A stretch of DNA of 64,000 nt. Origin: an uncultured Bacteroidota bacterium. Lineage in GTDB: Bacteria; Bacteroidota; Ignavibacteria; Kryptoniales; JAKASW01. The notes under the pieces were generated by a model. It searched no databases. It saw only the letters and a program-made list of their open reading frames with translations, and was not told the DNA's origin. How positions within the stretch are numbered: the stretch's first letter is position 1; each line of letters starts with the position of its first letter. Shown here in pieces: positions 56,315-64,000 of this stretch. The position numbers were made by a program, and so were the translations under genes. The DNA lies in assembly GCA_963768145.1 (NCBI GenBank), contig CAVYHK010000012.1:10193-74192 (forward strand), read 5' to 3'.

Positions 56315-59300
56315 ATGAGATCATCAAAGAGGCCCGGGGCATCGATTTCCTCTTTTGAGAGGGCACTGAAGGGCCCATTCTTTGAGAAGAATCCACTGCC
56401 GATGTGGATATTTGACCCCGAATCGTTTCACTTCCTAGCAGTCAATGAAGCGGCAATTCAGAGGTGTGGGTACACAAGGTCGGAGTTCCTGAAAATGAAG
56501 GCGACTGAGATTCGTCCGCCAGAGGACGTGGAGCGCTTTGCTAAAGCTGTACCAGGGGTAAGTGATTCGGGCTTTCAACCCAAGGGGGAATGGCGGCTCA
56601 AAGCCAAAAATGGAGAAACAATCAACGTCGAGGTTCACGCAACCAGAGTTCAGTTCAGGCATAAGAAAGCCGTGCTTTCGATCATACATGACGTGACAGA
56701 ACGGAAGAAGACCGAGGAAGGGATGAAACTGTATGGACTCCTCTTCAAGAACCTATCAGAAATGGTACTGTGCATCCGTCAGAAAGACCAGAGAATTATC
56801 GAAGCAAATGAAGCGGCCCAGAAGGCATTTGGGTATACTAGAGCTGAGCTTCTGTCAAAAACCATTAGTGACCTTCGGCCCCCTGGAAGCCAAGAGTCGA
56901 TTCCGGTCCGGTTTTCCGGCCAGGACTCCGTGGTGCAGACGTATGAGACGATTAATCAGAGAAAGGATGGGAGTACATTCCACGTTGAGGTCACGCTGAA
57001 GAGGTTGATATTCGAGAGCGAACAAGTAATTGTCGGTATTGCCAGAGACCTGACAGAGCGCAGGCGTGCGGAGGCGGCGCTACATGAGAGCGAAGCGAAA
57101 TACCATGATCTCATTGAGACGATGCCTGATGGTTACTATCTCAGCACGTCTGCAGGAAGGTTCGTGGAAGTGAACCCCGCATTTTGCAGGATGCTGGGAT
57201 ACAGCAATGATGAAATGCTGGCGATGAATATTCCGGAGACACTCTATTTCCATCCATCGGAACGAAAAGGAGAGTTTAGGTTTTCCGGATTCTCGCCTGC
57301 ATCGGAAGTATACCGATTGAAACGAAAGGACGGAACAGAGGCATGGTTTGAAGACAGCGCGAGATACATCCTTGATGAAAGCGGGAAGATCATATACCAT
57401 GAAGGAATATCACGGGATATCACCGACCGAAAACACGCCGAGGAAGCGTTGAAGGCAAGCGAGTCGCGGTTTCGAGCAGTCATCGAGAACATTTATGACG
57501 CGATAATTTTTCTTGACGAAAAAGGGAAGATAACCGATTGTCTCAATCCACGATCCCTCGAACGTTTCACAGGCTTGGCGATGAACGCTCAAATGGGCAA
57601 AAGCGCATTCGAATCGGTCCACCCTGATGATATGGCAAATGTACGAAACAAATTCTCTTTGACCAGCAAACAGGGTGAACCTTTCAGTGTGGAATATCGC
57701 GTAAAGTCCAGAGACAATTCATGGACGTGGGTGGAGGCTGCCGGTCGGAACATGCTGTCTGATCCGTTGATCAAGTCGATCGTGGTGCACATACGCGAGA
57801 TTGAAGACCGCAAACGTGCGCAGATGCTGCTCATCGAGAGTGAAGAGAGATACCGGATGCTCGTCGACAAATCACCAGATGCAATTGTAGTGTACAGGGA
57901 TGAGAAAGTTGTATATGTCAATCCGGCATCACTAAAACCCATGGCGGCGGATTCCGCGGAACAGTTGATCGGGATATCCATCTTCGACTTCGTCCACCCC
58001 GATTCGAAAGACATTGTTGTCAGCCGTGTCAAGGAGATGATGCGAACGCAGAAAGCGCCGCCGCTGCAGGAAATGAAGATTCTTGGGCTCGATGGAAAGA
58101 CTCTTGAAGCTGAAGTACGCGCCGCGCCCGTACCTTATCTCGGCAAACCTTCCATTCAGTTGGTCATTCGTGACATAACCCCTCGGAAGAAAGTCGAAGA
58201 ACAACTCCGCCTTCAGAGCGTGGCTCTCAACACAGCAGCAAATGGAATAGTCATAACCGACAGAGACGGACACATAGTCTGGGCCAATTCAGCTTTCGAG
58301 TCACTCACGGGCTACACAATCGCCGAAGCTCTAGGCAAGAATCCGCGTGAGATCATCAGATCAGGAAAGCATGACCGTGAATTCTATAAATCCCTTTGGG
58401 ATACGATCTTATCGGGCAGGGTCTGGCGCGGAGAGATTATCAACAAAAGAAAGGACGGAAATCTGTACACAGAGGAGATGACAATTGCTCCTGTCAGGGA
58501 TGATCACGCGGAAATAACTCATTTCGTCGCAGTCAAGCAAGACATAAGTGATCGGAAATTGCTCCAGGAGCAGTTCCTGCAATCACAGAAGCTTGAGAGT
58601 ATCGGCCAACTCGCCGGGGGGGTTGCGCACGACTACAACAATATCTTGAGCGTGATAATCGGATATGCTCACCTTCTCAAGAGGAAATTCAAGGGAGACC
58701 CAGAGAACGAAAAGCCACTGGATGCGATTCTGGCTGCTGCCAGAAGGGCTGCCTCCCTCACGGAACAACTGCTCGTTTTCGCCCGAAAGGAAATGATCTC
58801 TCCCAAAATAATCAATGTCAACTCTTCGATTGAGTCGATTGAGAAAATGCTACAGAGGATTATTGGCGAAAACATTAATCTGGTATTCCATCCTGGGAGA
58901 GATGTTCGAAACATTAAAATCGATCCGTCACAATTTGATCAAATCCTCGTGAACCTTGCAACAAATTCAAGGGACGCCATAAAAGGAATTGGGACAATAG
59001 CCATAGAGACCATGAACGTTTCAATCGACGAGGATTACGTTAAGTATCACGCCGGATTAACTGTCGGCGAATTCGTGAAGTTGTCATTCACCGATACTGG
59101 GATGGGGATGGATGAGGAGACAGTCAAGAGGATTTTCGAACCTTTTTTCACCACAAAAGAGAAAGGACAGGGGACCGGACTTGGACTATCGACTGTCTAT
59201 GGAATAGTGAAACAGAACAATGGATATATCTATGCGACAAGCAAGTTGGGAGAAGGGACGACGTTTGAAATCTATCTGCCACCATCCTACGAAGAGGCCG

Positions 59301-59707
59301 ATAGAACGCTGGAGCAGTCATCCGAGATTTCCGTGCTGGGCACCGAAACAATACTCGTTGTTGAGGATCAGGTAGACATCCTCGAATTGACGAAGGCGAG
59401 TCTCGAGAAATACGGTTTTTGTGTGTTAACGGCCATAGAGCCCAATGAGGCGTTGCGGTTGTGCGAATCTTACGATGGCACAATTCACCTTCTACTTACC
59501 GATGTAATCATGCCTGTGATGAGCGGTAAGAGCTTGAGGGAGCGAGTCAAGACACTTCGGCCCAAGATCAAGACGTTGTTCATGTCAGGTTATACTGCGA
59601 ATGAGCTCAGTCCGGAGGGTATTCTTGCAGAGGGGATTGACTTCATCCAAAAGCCCTTCACCCCCGCCGAGCTTGCAAATAAAGTAAGTGAAGTGCTACG
59701 AGCATGA
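56315..59707 (+). CDS. Cytoplasmic hybrid histidine kinase: six PAS domains, HisKA, HATPase, receiver
   Basis: Six PAS/PAC repeats ending in D(V/I/L)T.RK-like motifs; LAGGVAHDYNN; NLATNSRDA; DTGMGM; GTGLGL; LLTDVIMP...MSGY...KPF. Confidence 0.93.
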   Translation: MRSSKRPGASISSFERALKGPFFEKNPLPMWIFDPESFHFLAVNEAAIQRCGYTRSEFLKMKATEIRPPEDVERFAKAVPGVSDSGFQPKGEWRLKAKNGETINVEVHATRVQFRHKKAVLSIIHDVTERKKTEEGMKLYGLLFKNLSEMVLCIRQKDQRIIEANEAAQKAFGYTRAELLSKTISDLRPPGSQESIPVRFSGQDSVVQTYETINQRKDGSTFHVEVTLKRLIFESEQVIVGIARDLTERRRAEAALHESEAKYHDLIETMPDGYYLSTSAGRFVEVNPAFCRMLGYSNDEMLAMNIPETLYFHPSERKGEFRFSGFSPASEVYRLKRKDGTEAWFEDSARYILDESGKIIYHEGISRDITDRKHAEEALKASESRFRAVIENIYDAIIFLDEKGKITDCLNPRSLERFTGLAMNAQMGKSAFESVHPDDMANVRNKFSLTSKQGEPFSVEYRVKSRDNSWTWVEAAGRNMLSDPLIKSIVVHIREIEDRKRAQMLLIESEERYRMLVDKSPDAIVVYRDEKVVYVNPASLKPMAADSAEQLIGISIFDFVHPDSKDIVVSRVKEMMRTQKAPPLQEMKILGLDGKTLEAEVRAAPVPYLGKPSIQLVIRDITPRKKVEEQLRLQSVALNTAANGIVITDRDGHIVWANSAFESLTGYTIAEALGKNPREIIRSGKHDREFYKSLWDTILSGRVWRGEIINKRKDGNLYTEEMTIAPVRDDHAEITHFVAVKQDISDRKLLQEQFLQSQKLESIGQLAGGVAHDYNNILSVIIGYAHLLKRKFKGDPENEKPLDAILAAARRAASLTEQLLVFARKEMISPKIINVNSSIESIEKMLQRIIGENINLVFHPGRDVRNIKIDPSQFDQILVNLATNSRDAIKGIGTIAIETMNVSIDEDYVKYHAGLTVGEFVKLSFTDTGMGMDEETVKRIFEPFFTTKEKGQGTGLGLSTVYGIVKQNNGYIYATSKLGEGTTFEIYLPPSYEEADRTLEQSSEISVLGTETILVVEDQVDILELTKASLEKYGFCVLTAIEPNEALRLCESYDGTIHLLLTDVIMPVMSGKSLRERVKTLRPKIKTLFMSGYTANELSPEGILAEGIDFIQKPFTPAELANKVSEVLRA

Positions 59708-60084
59708 GTCATCTGCGCCCAAGCGCACAGCTAATTCCTGCAAGGCTTTGCGAAAAGATGAGGGCCGGACATCATGGTCGTACGATAAACAAAGACCCCG
59801 GAAATGCAGCTTTCCGATTGCCTCGGTCAGGGTATTGACAACACACAGCTACCACTAAGATGGAGTTTATGAAGATCAGAAACCAAAACCATCTCGTTGT
59901 TTTTTCCTAAAGCACAGACGGCATACACTGTGGAGTGGCCTCTGAGTAACATACCGAAAGAGCATAAGTTGTATGGACCTGCCGAAAATATTTTTGTACG
60001 GCTGCTTCATGTTCAACCTCGGAGGGTGGCATTGGAGATTCAGCCGGAACCGGTTCTTATCGTTATATTCACCGAGTTTTCGCC

Positions 60085-60127
60085 TTGACATTTGGCATTG
60101 ATTAATCTATTTTAGGAACGATTCCTA
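60085..60127 (+). promoter_or_regulatory. katG promoter with overlapping palindromic operator
   Basis: TTGACA-17 nt-TATTTT followed by TAGGAA-CGA-TTCCTA (60113-60127). Confidence 0.65.
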
Positions 60128-60151
60128 TTATTATTAAATACCGTAAGATGA

Positions 60152-62346
<2,195 letters not shown>

Positions 62347-62639
62347 TCATAGCATGAACGTCTCCGATGGCTTCTGAAAGGGCGGCGCAAAAACGGTCAG
62401 CTAACAACCGGTTCCACCGGGCGGCATATCGGCGCCGCAGTTCGCCAACTTGTGGCCGCGGCCGGATCGAAACTTATCATGTTCGAAGAAATCGTGAGCT
62501 CCGGGGACTCCAGGATTCGCGATTCTTTTTTCAGAGAGGGCAACTGTCTCACCGCGCACTTGGCCAAGAATATCTTGCGATTTGTGTGCAGAGATCATAA
62601 TTTCAATTAATAGTTGCAATTCCAAGAAAGGAGAAAATC

Positions 62640-63104
62640 ATGCAAGGTAACAAACACATTATTGAAATTCTTAACCTCCGTCTGGCAGAGGAACTTACCG
62701 CTATCAACCAGTATATCGTACACGCTGAGATGTGCGCGAACTGGGGATATACCAAACTTCACGAAGCTATTGAGAAGAGAGCTATTCACGAGATGAAGCA
62801 CGCGGAAAAAATCATCGAACGTATTCTCTATCTTGAGGGTAAACCGAGCGTCAGTAAGCTCAATCCCATTAACATAGGAAAGGATGTTGAAGCGCAGCTA
62901 CAATCCGATTACGAATCCGAAAAATTGGCGGTTAAGGGCTACAATGACAGCATGCGGGCTTGCGTAGAAGCTGGCGATAACGGCACGCGTGAACTTTTCA
63001 AATCGAACCTGCTCGATGAGGAAGGCGACATTGACTGGCTTGAAGCGCAAATGGATCAAATCAAACAGATGAGCATACAAAACTATTTATCACAGCAAAA
63101 GTAA
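62640..63104 (+). CDS. bfr: Bacterioferritin
   Basis: MQG start, ELTAINQY, EMKHA, ERILYLEG, DEEG.IDWLE; colinear with the E. coli Bfr numbering. Confidence 0.92.
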   Translation: MQGNKHIIEILNLRLAEELTAINQYIVHAEMCANWGYTKLHEAIEKRAIHEMKHAEKIIERILYLEGKPSVSKLNPINIGKDVEAQLQSDYESEKLAVKGYNDSMRACVEAGDNGTRELFKSNLLDEEGDIDWLEAQMDQIKQMSIQNYLSQQK

Positions 63105-63391
63105 CAAACAGGTTTGTTTGAGTCCGACGGGGTGATCTGCCATCTCCTTCCGGGATGGCACCCCCGCCCTTTTGAATCACAATTCTTCAAGCCTTTCAAA
63201 CCGCAAGCTGTGGCCCGTCGTCCCAAGACAGACTGTGTCTCCAAACCCGGCCTCCCATTCCAGTACACCACAACTCACCCACGAATGAAAATTCCATGCT
63301 GACAATTGTTCCTGCTCCGGCTTTCTGAGAGGATTCAGTTTAGGAATCGTCGCTCTAATTCTCCGCGGAAATCAAGAACATTTCTTTCTCC

Positions 63392-63440
63392 TTGACAATA
63401 AGGATGAGATCGACGTATTTTTAATTTAGATTAAGTCTAA
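63392..63440 (+). promoter_or_regulatory. Promoter with putative metal-repressor operator
   Basis: TTGACA-18 nt-TATTTT then TTAGA-TTAAG-TCTAA (63426-63440). Confidence 0.6.
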
Positions 63441-63471
63441 GTAACAACAAAATCGATCAGAAAACGAAAAA

Positions 63472-64000
63472 ATGGACAGAAAAAGCATCAGCGTGAAAAC
63501 AGCTCAAATACATGCGACCAAAATAACGTCACGTCAAAAAAAAGAAATCCGAGCTCGAGTGTGCAAGCCAGCCAAATACTTGACAGTGTCTATGCTTTTG
63601 CTTGAGTCGCCGGTTTTGGCTCAAGTGCCCGATTCAACATTCACCCTGAAAGAAATTACCGTCGAAAGCGCGAGAATCATGGATGGGATCGGGCAAATGA
63701 AGGATTACGAAGATGGTACGATTTATGCCGGCATGAAGAATGAGGTTCTTGAGATCGACAGCCTCGATGCCAACAAAGCTATTAACAACACGAGACAAAT
63801 CATCGGGCGAATACCGGGAGTAGAAATCACCGAGAATGAAATGGGAGGCTTTACGGCAAATGGCATCGGCTTCCGCGGACTCAACCCGTACCAGAGCATC
63901 GAAACCAACACGCGTCAGAACGGTTATAACATTTCGGCGGATCTCTACGGATACAATGAAGCTTATTACTTGCCCCCCATGGAAGCGGTAAAAAGCATTA
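63472..64000 (+). CDS. TonB-dependent receptor, FecA-like (5' part; runs off window end)
   Basis: Manual translation: TLKEITVES (TonB-box-like), IYAGMKNEV, NNTRQIIGRIPGV, IGFRGLNP, RQNGYNISADLYGYNEAYYLPPMEAV plug motifs. Confidence 0.88.
   Translation, partial: MDRKSISVKTAQIHATKITSRQKKEIRARVCKPAKYLTVSMLLLESPVLAQVPDSTFTLKEITVESARIMDGIGQMKDYEDGTIYAGMKNEVLEIDSLDANKAINNTRQIIGRIPGVEITENEMGGFTANGIGFRGLNPYQSIETNTRQNGYNISADLYGYNEAYYLPPMEAVKSI

Noticed and set aside
59876..60091. Small ORFs upstream of katG as a possible Fur/PerR gene
   Set aside because: No HTH, HxH or CxxC pattern of Fur proteins in the listed ORFs

Overview
Bacterial chromosomal window, most likely FCB-group (Ignavibacteria/Kryptonia-like), inferred from T9SS-type C-terminal sorting domains, LptD/LptE and the miaB-sigma54 activator-lptE-TPR gene order. 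Most of it is housekeeping genes on the minus strand (ubiE/menG, miaB, recG, rdgB, radA, lptD, rarA, ftsB, ddl, rluA, yggS, addB-like, rmuC). Accessory pieces are an EcoRV-like restriction-modification pair bounded by an 11-bp direct repeat, a lipoprotein + Glu-type subtilase/T9SS cargo pair, a partial paa cluster, and an oxidative-stress/iron block (6-PAS hybrid kinase, GC-rich katG, bacterioferritin, FecA-like receptor). Most interesting: (1) short palindromic REP-like elements found both between genes and as in-frame inserts in many conserved proteins, reminiscent of Rickettsia palindromic elements; (2) a candidate ~100-nt sRNA with its own promoter, terminator and two identical CUACCCCA loops; (3) a bacterioferritin with an apparent reciprocal Asp50/His130 swap. 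Four single-base frameshifts (ALDH, a membrane protein, katG twice) may be assembly errors. No tRNA, rRNA or CRISPR array was recognised. Family assignments come from motif recognition by eye, not database searches.
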